The notes: a model not told the origin generated them from the letters alone. Shown: positions 1 through 13,471, counted from the stretch's first letter. The stretch: 64,000 nucleotides of DNA from Lama glama (GCA_028534125.1 CM052830.1:10478001-10542000); one strand, 5' to 3'. Numbers and translations are program-made.

Positions 1-799
1 CAGGAGAGCAGACTGGATTTAGGTTCAATTTGGAAAGGAGAGGAGAGCCCATTTTGAGAAGCATTTGTGCGTGAAACATCTTGAGACTTTCATGAAGTTA
101 TAATTACTTTATGTGAGCTCAGCACTTGTTTTCCTCTTTAAAATTGAAGTTGTTCCTTCTATTCTATTTTCAAAACCTGCCAACTGCAAGAAGGAGTTCA
201 GGGTTTGAATATAATATTGAGTTCTAGAGACATTATTATAATTGTACGAGAATAAATAAAAGGTTGCCCAAACTACAGGCAAAATAAGCAGTCTTCTGTC
301 ATCTTTGGTGTTCTGTAATGAGAAAATTCCAGGAACAAAGGCAGTAGAGACTAACATGCATTTGCTATATCTTCCAGAGGTGGATGTAGTAACATAGCAT
401 GTTACATACACGACGAATGCCTTCTTCATTTATACTTACACACAGTGTAGAATGTTAGAATTGGTGGAGCTTTATAACAAATGACTGGGGGGAGGTAGTT
501 AAGAACAACAAAACAACAGCGCTGAATTGGGAGGTTGTAGGAATGAGCAGTGACCTGTTTATTTCTAGGGAATCCTGTAAAAGTGGCCATCCTTTCATCC
601 TGAGTCAGTGATGAAATCTGAGGAGCCAATGCCCTGATAGCCTGGTTGTTCTGTCAGATCCTTGCAAGTTGTTAGCCCAAGAAAACAGACAACCAAACAG
701 CTCCTCCTTTTCTTTTGTAGCCCAGTATAGAACTTTATTAGTGATGAAATTTGGTTCCTCATCAGTGGAGATGGCCTGATCACACAGCCATCTCCGTTC

Positions 800-950
800 T
801 AGGTCTGACCCTGGACGTGTCACTAAATGTCCTGAGGCTCAGTTTCCTCTCTGTGACACTCTGCACCGCAGAGTTTACTGTAACTGTGGCATGAGGTAAT
901 GTGTCTTAAAGCACATTGTAAACTGTAAAAAACTTTATGAATGACAGTGA
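800..950 (+). mobile_element. MIR-family SINE fragment
   Basis: Core motif 'ctgaggctcagtttcctctctgtga' and 3' motif 'aaagcacattgtaaactgtaaa'. Confidence 0.6.
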
Positions 951-1025
951 TAACTTTTTCTAGCAATTTGCAGGTGTGATAACAAAATTTTACAGACAAA
1001 TATATCTACAAGTATGATTCCTTTC

Positions 1026-1549
1026 TGCCAATTCTAAGTCCAAACTTGTTCTGTTTGCTACATGACAGGCCAATAAATCGAGAAATGAGGTGTTGGGGCA
1101 AGGAATAATGACTTTATTCAGAAAGCCAGCAGACCAAGAATATGGGAGACTAATGTCCTAGAGAACCATTTTACCCAAGTCAGAATTCAGGCTCCTTTTA
1201 TACTAAAAAGGGGGGGGGGGTGTGGTTGGTTGGTGTAAACTTCTTGGTGCCAGAATCCTTTATTCTTGCAGCTGTCCACGTAGGTCAGGTGACGACGTTC
1301 CTGTAAACCTCCAACAAGACAAATGTTGTTCTCTGTTGTACAACTTTTTATCTCTATATGAATGGAAAAGTGTTCTACCCTTAAAGGTCAGAGCCTTGAG
1401 AATGGGCTATTCTGTCTATTTCAGGCTCTAGGCAACATTCTTTCACAAAAGGTGCAGAACCAGCCTGACTCAGCACAGGAAACAGAGCGCAGGGTTGGAG
1501 CTAAAGGCACAGGTCTAATATGGAGTCAGATTTGTTCTTCCCTATGACA
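1026..1549 (-). mobile_element. ERV1-class solo LTR (cetartiodactyl type)
   Basis: TG...CA ends. Reverse-strand polyA signal (tttatt ~1112) and TATA (ttttata ~1196). Typical 'ggccaataaatcgaga...gaggtgttggggcaaggaata' segment. TSD not resolved. Confidence 0.75.
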
Positions 1550-3216
1550 TAAGGTAGGTCACAATGGTAAAGAGAAATTCTCTTTTTCAATCCCTCCTCA
1601 TCATCTTTTGTCTCTGATTTACATCTGATATTTGATACAGTAATTTTCATTTGCTTTTGAACTCAATGAAATGGCCACATCATGGTCTCTGACTCTCCTG
1701 AGATGGTTAGACTCTCTCTGAGGTTTGGTTGCTGATGACAAATGCAGAACCCCTTGGAAGACTCTTCGGTAAACAATTTCTAGGTGGAGTAGGGGGCTGA
1801 AATGTTAGTCCGTGCCTAAATTTCCCCCCATCATGATCTGTGAACTCAGTCTCTCCTCACAGTGGCCCAGTCAGCCATGGTGACAGACAGTCTGTAGTCT
1901 GGATCAAGTGCTTTTCATACACGCATGAGACATCTGTGGGACTGAGTCTAGCGTTTACCATGAATCGTGCCTTCCTTGTTTGATTTTTCTTGCTCAGGGT
2001 CAGATGTGACATAAAATCCACATTAGTCAGTGCTGTAAATATCTTTTAGCAATAAAACCTAGGAGCATCTGATAAATGTGTAATCTGGCGAGGCACCAGA
2101 CTAAGGCAGGAGTACAGGAGCTAGTGACTCTGGGGCTCTGGCTATCTTTCTTTGTTAACAAATATTTTTGTTTTGTTCTTCTGCGAAGAATGGACTTTGT
2201 ACAGCTCATTTAGATCAGAGAGAGAGAAACACTCATCCCCTACCCACCCCCACTACTGAAGAAAATATCTAGGCTTTTCTGTCTTTGGCAATGATGTCAA
2301 GGTTTGTCTCGTTCTTCGCTGGATAATGTTTCCTTGTGGCCTTGGCCCTAATTCTTCTTGGCCTTCTTTAAACAGTCACTCATTTTTTGGGCAGCTGAAC
2401 ATGGGTTGCTTCCTTGTCTGTGGCCAATAAATCCTTAAAATTCTTTCCATGTTCTTGCTCTTCTCCTAGGTTTTGCCAACAGCTTTGCAGCCACGGCCTT
2501 TGGCATGTGTTCATGGAGAGGAAAGTCCTCACAGTGTGCATTATTTAAACTATTCACTCTTTACCTTGCTCTTGCTTACACTTTTCCTTTTATACTCCTT
2601 ATCTGTGCAGTTGAATTAATGAAAGTGAAGTGTGCATATGATGCAAGTCCACTCTATTATTTGGGATCAGCCCACGTGCTCTGCACCCTGATTTTGTTAT
2701 CTCAGCTCTAGCACCATGTTTGACCCATTCCCGCTCTGCCCCAGACACAAACTGGAGATGACCAGGGCAACATTCTGACTCCCCTGGCCATGCTTTGGTG
2801 GACAAGATTCTTTGGCCTTCCAGGTTGGGCTGGTGATTATCAGAATTGAGGCTTTGGGGCCCTCTTCCCAATGCATCAGAGCTGAATAGTGCTTTGTCTC
2901 CTGCTCTGGTCTGTTACTGTCTGTCTGATTTCCAGTATTTGGGGACATGCATTTCTTGGAACACTACCTAGAAATTAGAAGACACAGAAAACAATCCCAT
3001 ATGTGCAAGTAGACAAAACGCAAAGACAAAACTAAAGCTGATTTTTAGAAATCTTGATGGCTTGCCAATCTCTTTCTTTGAGTTTTAGAAATGAACATGG
3101 CCCGGGGCTTAGGAGGCTCCTGAACTCTCTGTAGAGATGGTCACTAGGCATCCAATGATGTCCCAGAAAGAAAGCACACGTGAAAGAGTGTATATTCATT
3201 TTCATAGAAGAAAGTC

Positions 3217-3353
3217 TTTATTTTTTAATTGTTTTAAGAGGGGTAATTAGGTTCGTTTGTTTATTTATTCATTGAAGAGCTACTGGACATTGAACCCAGG
3301 ACCTGGTGCGTGCTAAGCATGCGCTCTACCGCTTGAGCTGTACCCACCCCTCC
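3217..3353 (-). mobile_element. Camelid tRNA-derived SINE (Vic-1 type)
   Basis: Reverse B-box 'attgaacccagg', 'tgctaagcatgcgctctacc...gagct', 'ggtaattagg' tail. 16-bp TSD ttcatagaagaaagtc (3201-3216) / ttcatggaagaaattc (3354-3369). Confidence 0.9.
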
Positions 3354-4083
3354 TTCATGGAAGAAATTCTGTCATTTTCATCACATTTTCAAAGGAGTCG
3401 GACACCCCCCCCAATTATACACCATTGTTCTAAAGAGATTTTCTTATCCAATCAGGGGATGCCCCCATATCTGTCTAGCCACCCGTGAACTCCCAGTCAA
3501 AAAAGAAAAGTGAGACTATTGATTCATTTTAAAATAAAAATTATTGAAAACAATATGCCTTATTTTACCTTTTTGGATTTGTGTATTATACATATAATTT
3601 TATATTTGTATATAAATACACTTTTCTATTTTACATCTCTTTATAGAATCATATTATATACATGTATATATGGAAAGGTGAGAACATACAAGTCCAAAAT
3701 ACAAAGCATCATACATACATCTGCCTTTTTATATTGTGTATCATCTGTAAGTCCAAAATATTTATATACACATTTAAATAGAGCTGAGGTTCCCTATTCC
3801 AGTTCCCCCCCCACGTCTGAGATTCGCTCTCATTTCTGGAGTGTGCTTGGCGGGGCCGTGGTGATGCTTTCTGCCCTGCTGGCATCTGTTTACCAAGCCT
3901 CTTCTTATATCTTTGTGTGGTTAATGTTTCTTTTGAGAGAGGCTACTGTTGGTTTGCACTGAACCTGCTGTTTGTGCTTCTGCTTAAGGGACTGTGTTCT
4001 CATATTACATACATACATTTTTCCCCCTGTTTTTGAACAGAAAAAACAGTTTCTTGGGAGAAAAAAGTTAAAAAGAGATTTCC

Positions 4084-4158
4084 GAGTGTCGCGGCTCTTT
4101 TAGAATTCGTCTAGCAGGTTTTCCGGTCTGCACTGGAAAGCCCCCATGGAAAAAAAAC
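4084..4158 (+). pseudogene. RNU7-like: U7 snRNA retropseudogene
   Basis: 'gagtgtcgcggctcttttagaattcgtctagcaggttttccggtctgcactggaaagccccc' matches U7: histone-pairing 5' segment, Sm-site variant AATTCGTCTAG at 4104-4114, 11-bp stem 4117-4142. Followed by an A tract, with a TT/AAAA L1-endonuclease-like site just upstream. Confidence 0.85.
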
Positions 4159-4489
4159 AGAGAGAGAGAGAGATACCCCTGTGTTATACCTTGAACAGGT
4201 GTTTCCACCGTTGAGAACTCTCACTTTCTTCCAATGTCTACATGGAACTTAACACATAATTTTTTGAAGGAAAAAATAATGATTTCAGTTAACTGATAAT
4301 CGAATGTTGTTTAACTGATCTTTCATTTTTTTTTTTTTGGAAAAAGGATTTATTTAAACAGTGACCTTTTTTAAAAAGTCAAATGACTTATTTGTTTAAG
4401 TAATTTTTTTTTCTCATTTATTTTGCCGAGAGTCTGCGCTGTGTGGTCTTCGTTAGCAATGATAGTCTCTCTGTGAATAAACAGCGCTG

Positions 4490-4670
4490 AGTCTGGGGAA
4501 ACGCTGAGGTTTGAAGCCAGGGAAATCTAGATTTGATGCCTGGCTAATAATACAGCTTAATGCTTCATACTTGCAATCTCTTCATCTCTAACAGCGGAGA
4601 TAACAATGCTTGTTATGTAGGGTTGGACATAAAATAACGATTGTACAGTCCTGGCACATGGCGGTGGTTA
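4490..4670 (+). mobile_element. MIR fragment
   Basis: 'ctcttcatctctaacagcggagataacaatg...gggttgg...cctggcacatgg'. Confidence 0.55.
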
Positions 4671-5384
4671 TTTTGATGAGGTATGTGTTCAATAAATATG
4701 CTGTTATTAATGCCAACTGCATTGAAGAGACATGAGTCCTACTGCAACTGGTGACCAGAGGAAATCCTGCTGCGATGGAGAAGGCAGGCCCTTGATTTTG
4801 CTTCTTGGTAATTACACTTCATTTCCTTTGTTTGTAGAGGCCATTTACTGTCTGTATTGATTCAACAGCATGATGTTGCAGTGGAGATAGTCTGGAGAAA
4901 TACATCAAATATATTCATCAAAGGGGCCAATTTTTCAAGCAAATGCATAATGAAGCTTCTGATTGTCTCCAGTGGTTTATCCCAGTGGTTCTGCATCAAG
5001 GCTGGTACACAATTTTGTTGGTGAAGTTAGGGATTTTAGCAAAAGATGCAGGATGCATGGTTTTTATGAATACTCAGAGAAAAATTCAACCACTGAATTG
5101 GAAGCTGGAAGTAAGGTCGCTGCATTTATTAAATCATGCACTGTTGTTAAGAGTGCAGTCTCTTTGGAATAATCTTTATAAACTGGAGAATTAATCAGCT
5201 CATCTGTTTCTCCTTTTATCCTTCCTTGATTTTCTCTATTCACTGGAAAGAGAGGCAAATTTTCCTTGGCCCGTGATTAAACGTTCGCAAGTGGAAAGTA
5301 CCCAGAGAAGTTCTATCAAAGACTCTGACTCAGAGGTGAGCTAGTACAGTGATCTGTTTTCTGTGTTTTCGTAAATTTTTCAAA

Positions 5385-6475
5385 AACTTTTCCCTTTGCA
5401 ATGATTTTAGGTTTACAAAAAGAAAAAAAAAACAATGATACAAACTTCGTACAGAGAATCTCCATCTGCCTTTCACCCAGCTTTTCCTAATGTTAACATG
5501 ATATCTAACTGTGTTATATTTGCCAAAACTAAGAAATCCACTTTGGTACAATACTTTAAACTACAGGTTTTATTTTGCTAGTTGTTTTTTTTTAAACTAG
5601 TGTCCTGTTTCTGTCCCAGGATCCAGCCCAGGACAGCACACTGCATTTATTTGTTATGTCTTCTTAGTCTCCTCCAATCTGTTTCTCAGTCTTCCCTTGT
5701 TTCCCATGACCTTGGCAGTTTTGAAGAGAGACGGTCAGATATTTTGTAGCATGGCCCTCCACTTGGCCTTGTCTGGTATTTTCTCATGATTACAGTAGTG
5801 TTAAGAGTTTGGGGGGAAAATACTGCCATGAAGTGCCCCCTCGTGGTACCATGCCAGGGAACACATGATGTCAGTGTGACTTAGGACTGGTGATTTTGGT
5901 TAAGGGAGTATCTGCCAGATTTCCCCACTGTCAAACTACTCTTCTCCTCTTTCTATAGCTGGTTTTTAACTCCAGCATGAACTCAAGGGGGAGAGGAATG
6001 AAGTCCCACCTCTTGGGCGAAGGAGAATTTACATATATTATTTGGAATTCTTCTGTAAGAAAGCTTTATCCCTTTTCCTTCATGAATGTATCTATTCAAT
6101 CAACTATTTCTTTTAGTATAGAGTCATGGATACTTGCTTTATTCTTTGGGTTACAATCTGATATTATTGTTATTTATTTTGTTTCTCTAATTGTTCCAGT
6201 TTTGACCACTGAGTGATTTTAGATTGATTTCTGTATCCTTTTGACAATAAGCCCCACTTGTCATCTTTCCTCCCACCTCCTTTCTTCTCTCCTCCTTTCT
6301 TCCCTCCCTTCATCTTCTGTCCCTTCTACCTTCCTGCCTTCCTTCACTCCTCTTTTCTTTTTTTGGAGGGGCAGGGGTAAGGGTACTTCCTTTCTTTGGG
6401 GCACTCTAAGATGTTTCTCGTTCATCTTGTGTTTTCCCTCCTCCAACCTTGGAATCAGCCATTTCTCCAAAGAAG
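5385..6475 (-). mobile_element. Old L1 3' UTR (L1MC4-like)
   Basis: 'ttcacccagcttttcctaatgttaacat', 'tttctgtcccaggatcca', 'ccatgaccttggcagttttgaagag', 'ggaatcagccatttctccaaag'. Includes a CT-rich tract at ~6265-6360. Confidence 0.8.
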
Positions 6476-6519
6476 TACAGTGATATTATTGTTTCACACA
6501 GATTTTTTTTTTTTTTGGC

Positions 6520-6680
6520 CAGAAAGCCTGGATTTTAGTCCCAGTCATGCCATAAGCTAGCTGACCAGTTAGGACAAGTTTCTTTAACTCCCTAAGTCTC
6601 AGTTTCCATGGCCACAAAAAGTGGGTGATTGTGATGCCAACATCATGGGGTGGTAATGTGGATTAATCCATACAAAGGAA
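6520..6680 (+). mobile_element. MIR fragment
   Basis: 'ggacaagtttctttaactccctaagtctcagtttcc'. Confidence 0.65.
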
Positions 6681-7409
6681 CAAATATCTCAATCTCTTGA
6701 GGACGAATCCTCGTTGCCTCTCTTCCTCTGCTGGCAGAGGCGATGTGATGGATATCAAGGAAGACTAAATCCCTGAATGGCCGTGCTGGCAGAATGTTGC
6801 AGGAAGGGAAGGAAAGTCTGTATCTGGAATATGTATCTATTGCTGCGGGGGAAAAGAAATGTTACGCTCCCCGTGATGTAAGGGCTGCAGTGTAATTAAT
6901 TTGCTGCCAAGTGACTGGCAGATCCCCCAGGGGAATGGTCCCAGGTCACGGACTCAGCAAGGGCTCTAGCCAGAAGTCCAGGCTTTAGAGCCCTTGTGTT
7001 TTCTGCCTATCTGAGGTCAAGGGCCTGTTCTTGGGCCCTCTGAGCAAACAATAGCATGGACGGGAGAGGAGACTGGCTGACATTAACAGGACAAATACTC
7101 TTGTCTGTCTGATCGTCAGTAGCCTCCACCAGTATGGATACCCTCCGGGGAGCATTATGTGAGATTTGATTATCCTCCCATTCTGCCACTCGTTGACTGG
7201 CTAGTCCCCCAAAATAATGGCGCTATATGGGTGACCTCACTCCAAGACCCTATAGGTCTTCTGTTGGGGTTCACCAGGACTTTCATGATGTACCCCGTCT
7301 GCCCCGGACAGTTTTGGACATCATTGGATTTGCTCGATCAGCTTCTGGGGGTTCAGAGCTTGTGGGAAAGGGTGGACAATGGATCTGCGGGGACAAATGG
7401 AGAACATTC

Positions 7410-7672
7410 AGCAGGGAGGCTTCTCCTGAGCACCTTATTTAAAGAAGCTCTCCCACCCCCAAAGTGCCTCCATCATACACCTAGTCTATTTCCATGGTAG
7501 CACTCATAATGATCAAAATTTATCTGATTTATTTACTTGTTAATTATTTGTCACCTTTACTAGGATGTAAACTCCATGAGAGCAAATAATCTGCCTATCT
7601 CATTTGTTTTTATACCCTCTATGCATAGAACAATGAATGACATGTAATAGGTACTCAATAAATATTACTTGA
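7410..7672 (+). mobile_element. L2 3' end
   Basis: 'actaggatgtaaactccatgagagca' and 'taggtactcaataaatatt'. Confidence 0.8.
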
Positions 7673-8987
7673 AGCCATGATTCATTGTAAGGTCTCTTCT
7701 GGCGTGAATATTCTATCGTTCAGGGCGCCAATAAGCATTCAATAATTATTAGGTATTCTTATGATGGTATATTTTCTCTGGACTCATCACATAGTCTGCA
7801 TAGCTCAGTGGTTCTAGAAGGATTTTATTTTCTGAGTCTAGGGAACCTCTTTTAATGAGCCAGCCATCTGTGGAGCAGAATAGCTATGAACTTTGGAATC
7901 AGCCAGCATATCGAACTGCAAGCTACATCCCAGTATGAGGCCCATAAAGCATTTTTCAAATGTTTGCCATATATGCAAAAGCACACCACACACACACACA
8001 CACACCAGCCTGACATTTGCTTACCCTAGGCAGAATGAGCCTTTGTAACTAGGGGAAGAAGCTGGGCTCAGTCCAATGCAGCATTGGTAAATTCCTCGCC
8101 AAAGATCAGGAACAGGGAGTCAGTGTTCTGTTAGACCCTTGTGCCTGGCTTATCTTAACTCCTCAGCTCCCATGGCCACTTGACCCCATTGGTGTCACAG
8201 GGATGGGAGCTAATCTCCATCGGCGGGGCAGACTGAGGTCCAGTCAAGAGCGGGTATCCTCAACCCTCCGTGCTGACTAGCAGCAGTAGTCATTGTGTTC
8301 AAGACTGAGCCAGCCAGTGGGTCATTTGGCTGGGGGCCATCTGAGGAGGTAATCTTCAATTTAAGTTTTAACCAAAAAGTGACTGGAAACAAGGAAATTC
8401 TAGAATCTTTACAGACCAGCAACTATAGCTCCATTTTTTCCCCTCTTTGCTGAGTAGCCCCAGAATCTGAGTTTCTTGTCTTGGCTAAATGACCAGAAAC
8501 TCATTGAGGAGGGCCAAATGGCAGATGCAGGACAATCGTGTGGGGATCCATGGAAGAAAGGCCTTCCTTGAAGATATACGTGTTATCTCTCAAAGCTGCC
8601 TCATCCTGGGAACCCTGCTTTGCAGAGAGGTATGTATGACACACACGAGCCTTCTCTTGGGCCCTCCTGGATGGGCAGCTCTTCCAAAGTCATTCCCTAC
8701 TGGTGATTTCATGGTGTAGTTCTCCCGATGGGATGAAGCTCCTCCCCTGGGGGCCTGGAGCTTAAAAAGAGGAGAAGTTCCCCCCACCCCCTTCCCACCC
8801 TATCCTCTCCATCTCCGTAAGACTAGCACATGGCCACGTAAAATTCTTTGCCGAACAAAGGAGAATATTTTTGGAAAGTAAAGGCAAACTAAGGAAGGCA
8901 ATGGATAAAGTTCTAGCTAATTTAGATCTTCTTAGCTTCACTCAAGGGAAGATACACCTGGATATAGGTAAAGATGGTATGTGCTGG

Positions 8988-9780
8988 CAGGGGTGTATTT
9001 GCCAAGAAGCCAAGGGAGCTTTAGCTCTGGGACCCTTACTTGCATAGGTCCCTTACAACGCCCTAGGAACCGGCCTAAGAATGTGTTCAAGTGCTTGTAG
9101 GTTTTTGTACAATTGGCAGAAGTAAGATATTTTAATTGCAAGCAATTAAGAACCACTGTCTAATGCCACTCCATTTTATTCTTGATCACACATCCCCTCT
9201 GATTCAGGGCCATTGGAGGGATCATAGACATTTGTGTTTCAGTGTAAAATACAGAGGTGGTTGCTTTCACCACGCACCGCTGTGTAGTTACCAGTAGCCG
9301 TTCTGCGCTGCGATGGCTTCTAGGAAGAGACATCATGCCTCACGTGCTGGCTTACCCAGCAATGCCACACAAAGGAGCATGTCCCAAGGTCCTGAGAATG
9401 CTGGTCTCATATGGGGACCAGAGCCACAAGTATGTAGGCAGTAGGGTAGAGAGATGAAGATATGAAACATACAGAGTCAGAGACAAGTCTGGAAAGTTCT
9501 TCCAAATCTACAGCCCATAGGAGACAGAAAGAAAGTAGATACTGGTTTTCAGGAACTAATAACAATTTCAAAAAAATTATATCACACGACCAAAAATAAT
9601 TTTTGAAGGCAAAGGAAATTTCCTAATCTCTCAATAATAAAAAATAAGTTTTACTTACTATGCTAAAGGAAAAATGGAACTACCTTCTTATTCTCTCTAC
9701 AAGAAATATTACAAAATCCCAGAGGGTAGCTAAAAACTATGGGCAAACACTATTTTAGAGGTGTGTCAAACAATTGAACT
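8988..9780 (+). mobile_element. hAT-Tip100 DNA transposon remnant (Zaphod/MER115-like)
   Basis: 5' 'caggggtgtatttgccaagaagc...gctttagctctgggaccc', 'gcagaagtaagatattttaa', and a decayed transposase C-terminal segment at ~9610-9720. Confidence 0.6.
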
Positions 9781-9794
9781 TGCTTGGAATTCTT

Positions 9795-10154
9795 TTTTAA
9801 AAAAATGTTTTTATTATAAGCTTAGTTATTTTACAATGGTATCAATTTCTGGTATATAGCATAATAGATTTGTTTTCATATTCTTTTTCACCGTAAGTTA
9901 CTACAAGATATTGAATATGGTTCCCTGTGCTAAATACAGTATGAACTTGTTTATCTATTTTATATATAGTAGTTAGTACTGCAAATCCCAAACTCCCAAT
10001 TTATCCCTTCCTACCCCCGTCCTCACCCCAGTAACCATAAGTTTGTTTGCTATGTCTGTGAGTCTGTTTCTGTTTGGTAAATAAGTTCATTTGTCTTCTT
10101 TTAAGATTCCACATATAAGTGATATCATATGGTATTTTTCTTTTTCTTTCTGGA
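9795..10154 (-). mobile_element. 5'-truncated camelid L1 3' end
   Basis: 'gatattgaatatggttccctgtgct', 'gattccacatataagtgatatcat'. Perfect 14-bp TSD tgcttggaattctt (9781-9794 / 10155-10168). Confidence 0.9.
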
Positions 10155-11910
10155 TGCTTGGAATTCTTGAGACTGCCTTGTACACCAAGGAACAGAGTGC
10201 CTTGTGAAACAAAGACGAGACACAGAGAAATGTCAAAACAAACTCTTCCAAGCCTCTGGCAATTCATATCTTTAATATATTCCCATTCTCAAAACAAAAC
10301 AAAACAAAAAAAACTTTGATAGATTTATCTCTTTTTTCCCAAATTTTTGACTATGCTTGGGAGCCTCTCTTAAGATGCCAGGAAAAAATTAACTATTTCA
10401 TATGGACAAAAAGTATCTTCTCAGTTTCAGTTTATGCTAAGGATTTGAAAAGCAAAGGTGCAAATCAAGGTGTATCTATGCCTACTGATGGCAGTACTTT
10501 TTTAAACACACAGATTCAATAGGAAATCTATTTATAGCAAATTATTAGTAGAGGGTAGGGGGAGTACAAATTTTATTTGATGTTTATGGACTGCCCCCCA
10601 AAAGAGGGTGACAGATTAATTTCTTATCTTTTTGTGACCTGGTTTATTTTGTATGCATATTGGCATGCTCAATATCCACTCAGGTTTGTGTAAGATCTTC
10701 GTTAGATTTGCCATTCAGATCATTATTGGATTTTAGGGATAGAATGGGCTGCTGTTTAGAGTGGGTACTTGACCCAGAAGATTTAGACTCTGTACCCACA
10801 AGCATATTCTTCTTGATGACAAATGTCATCTGGGGCATAATCACTTCATGGCTTGGTCTCTGTCCCTCTGAAATTGGCCTCAGTGTGCCTTTACATACTT
10901 ATTTTGGTGACTTCGCTTCTCTGTAAGCGAAGAGTGAGTGGAGCATTGTGAATTCCCTGGAAGAAAACACTGTGTTCTCCTCATTATTTACTGTCATATA
11001 ATGGCTTCTTCATGAGAACTCAGGGCACATTGTGGTCAGGCTATCTCAGGACATAATTTAGGACCTTCTTGCTCTGAGACAATATTCCCTTTTCCTGTTT
11101 TGAAAATTCAGCTGCCTTCAAAATATCCTTTCTTAGTTTAAAAAAAAATGATCATTGGCAAACGTGATGAAGACTGGCAAGTGGACATCATTTAAAGTGG
11201 GACAAGACTGGGTTTGGGACCAAGAGAAGGCTTGTTTCCCGTTTCCAGTAGTCAGCTACAGTTCTCACTCATTCGTACAATGTCAAGGAGATACATCAAT
11301 AAAATCTCTCATGACATCAATCTTATTTTAATTTTTGGAAGGGGAATTGCAGGGGTGCCACAAGTTAGTTCAATTATTAATCTACTATTTGGTGATAATT
11401 GTGTTGGCTTTGTCACTGATATTCTTGGTCATTAAAAGATGTCCCCTAGAATTAATGCAGGTTGAAATGTCCCTTTTGCAGATAGCTAATAATAGTCTTC
11501 AAACTCAGTGGAAAGTGGTCCCCTGGTCCTCTCAATTGCCCAGGAGCCCTCAGAGACAGAAAGGTTAAATGTGGCCAGAGCCCAAAGCATTTCTTTTGAA
11601 TAACTTTCATGGTTGTATATCTTTGTCCTTTCAGTCTGGCTTTTTTGGGAAACAGCCTGAAGTCATTTAGAACATATCTGGTATGAAATAAGGAGGGCAG
11701 TCATGCTGATGGTGAGAACCTTACGCTGGTCAGAAATAAAGCAAATAAATCAAGTGATGAGAGCGGCTTCTCGTCAGCACACTTTCTCCCATCATCTCCT
11801 TGCAGACTGAGCAATGAGTTCTATAAGTGTCTATGGCAAATCAGACAAGCATCTACCCAGCAGGTGCTTTATTGAGTGAGTCACAAAATGGAAGCTCCCT
11901 GAAGAGAGAG

Positions 11911-12080
11911 GCAGCTTACCTCGGTGGAAAGAACATGGGTTCTAGACTCATAGTTGAAATTTCGACAGTCAACCGTGTGGCCCTAAAGAAATCATTCAAA
12001 CTGTCCGGGCTTCAGTTTCTCCATCTGTAAAATGGGGACTCTTAACACCTGTCTCCAATGGTTTTGTGAGCATTCAGTGG
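11911..12080 (+). mobile_element. MIR
   Basis: 'gggcttcagtttctccatctgtaaaatgggga'. Confidence 0.8.
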
Positions 12081-13049
12081 CAGGGGAATCAGCAACTTGG
12101 TTAGGGGCAGGCTCTGTTCTGTTGGGGACGCTCTGCCACCCGTTTTCCTCTGCATTCCCTGACTCTGTCCTTGAGAGAGTCTTCCTGATGCTCCCTTATT
12201 CTCTGGAGTTACATCCAGAGCAGTTTTTGCAGAGTAATACCCCACCCTGGTCTTCCTGGTTTTACAGCCCATTCCTACTTGTGAGAATTTGGAGGATCTG
12301 GGAGTTGCTTAAAGACCTGGAAGTTCAAGGATTGCAAACTAGTTAGATAATTTCACTGGCAATACAACTCCGTTTCCTTCTAGTGAGTTCCATACGCCAG
12401 AAGCCACATCCAAATTCTCTCCTTGACCTTATCTTAAACCTGCCTTTTTGTTATACTCACTCCTCTTCCTCAATTTGATAGCTACACATACTGGAGCCTT
12501 TTGAAACAACAGGCTGGGTTGAAAGGCAATATTTTTAATTTGATCCTTGGCCAGCAACGGATACTTTTGTTCTACTTACTGTTTAACTAAAAGGTCTCGA
12601 TAGGTCTTTGAAAAAGGTTTTGAACAGTTGTCCTCTCTTAGCTATTTGGCTAAGCACATCCTCTTAACATAAATAGGATGGCCACATAATTTTTTTTTCA
12701 AACCTTTGAGCATGTAAGCAAGAACTATGCCAAGGACTGGTTCAAAGAAACCGGGAGTAGAAGCAGTCGCCTTTTCCAGCACAGTTGGAGTCCCTGCACT
12801 CTCTATTCCTTTCCATTTTTGCTTGCATTCCAGCAAATTCTTGCTGGAGCTCAATTTTTCTTGAAATACCTTGTCAGGAGAGGCCCACACAAACTAATTC
12901 TCTAGTTCCTCAGAATCCCTTCCTGTTGAGTTAGTGGCTTGGTAGGTTTGTGGTCTCACCTCCAAGTTATAGAAGGTAACAGTTTTATTAAATAATTTCC
13001 CTGAGCATAAAATAATTCAGCTGTGCAACATGCAAACCCATTTGCTGCT

Positions 13050-13465
13050 GTATCAGTCAGCATTCAATGCTGGAAACAAAAATCACCCCAGGTATTTTAA
13101 GCAGCAAGAAATTCAATCCAGAGAAATGAGTGCTTGTGAAATTATTGGAAAGGCTAGAAGGGCAGGAGCTAAGGGGATGTTGCTCAGCTTTGAAATCCTG
13201 CCATAGCGATTGTGATCTGGGGCTCCCTGCTACTGCCAGCATCCCAGCATCCCAAGTGCATGAGGCTGGTGACTGGACAGTGGGATGCAGAGTCTGGCTA
13301 CTACAAAAACCCACATCTACTGGAGTCCAATTGTCAGCTGCCTCCACCACAGAGAGATTAATGTCTCCCTCCCTTCTCCTTTCCAAATATCCTGCAAGAA
13401 CCTCTCCGAGGCAGAACTTTCATAACATCCAGAACCCTCAAGGTAAGGGAGTCTGGAGAATAAAC
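13050..13465 (-). mobile_element. Old MaLR/ERVL-type LTR (family uncertain)
   Basis: Begins 'tgtatcagtcagcattc'. Contains 'aaccctcaaggtaagggagtctggagaat', similar to old MLT1 ends. Confidence 0.45.
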
Positions 13466-13471
13466 TCGGGG

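Noticed and set aside
4084-4145. Functional U7 gene
   Set aside because: No recognisable PSE or 3' box, an A tail follows, and the Sm site is altered.
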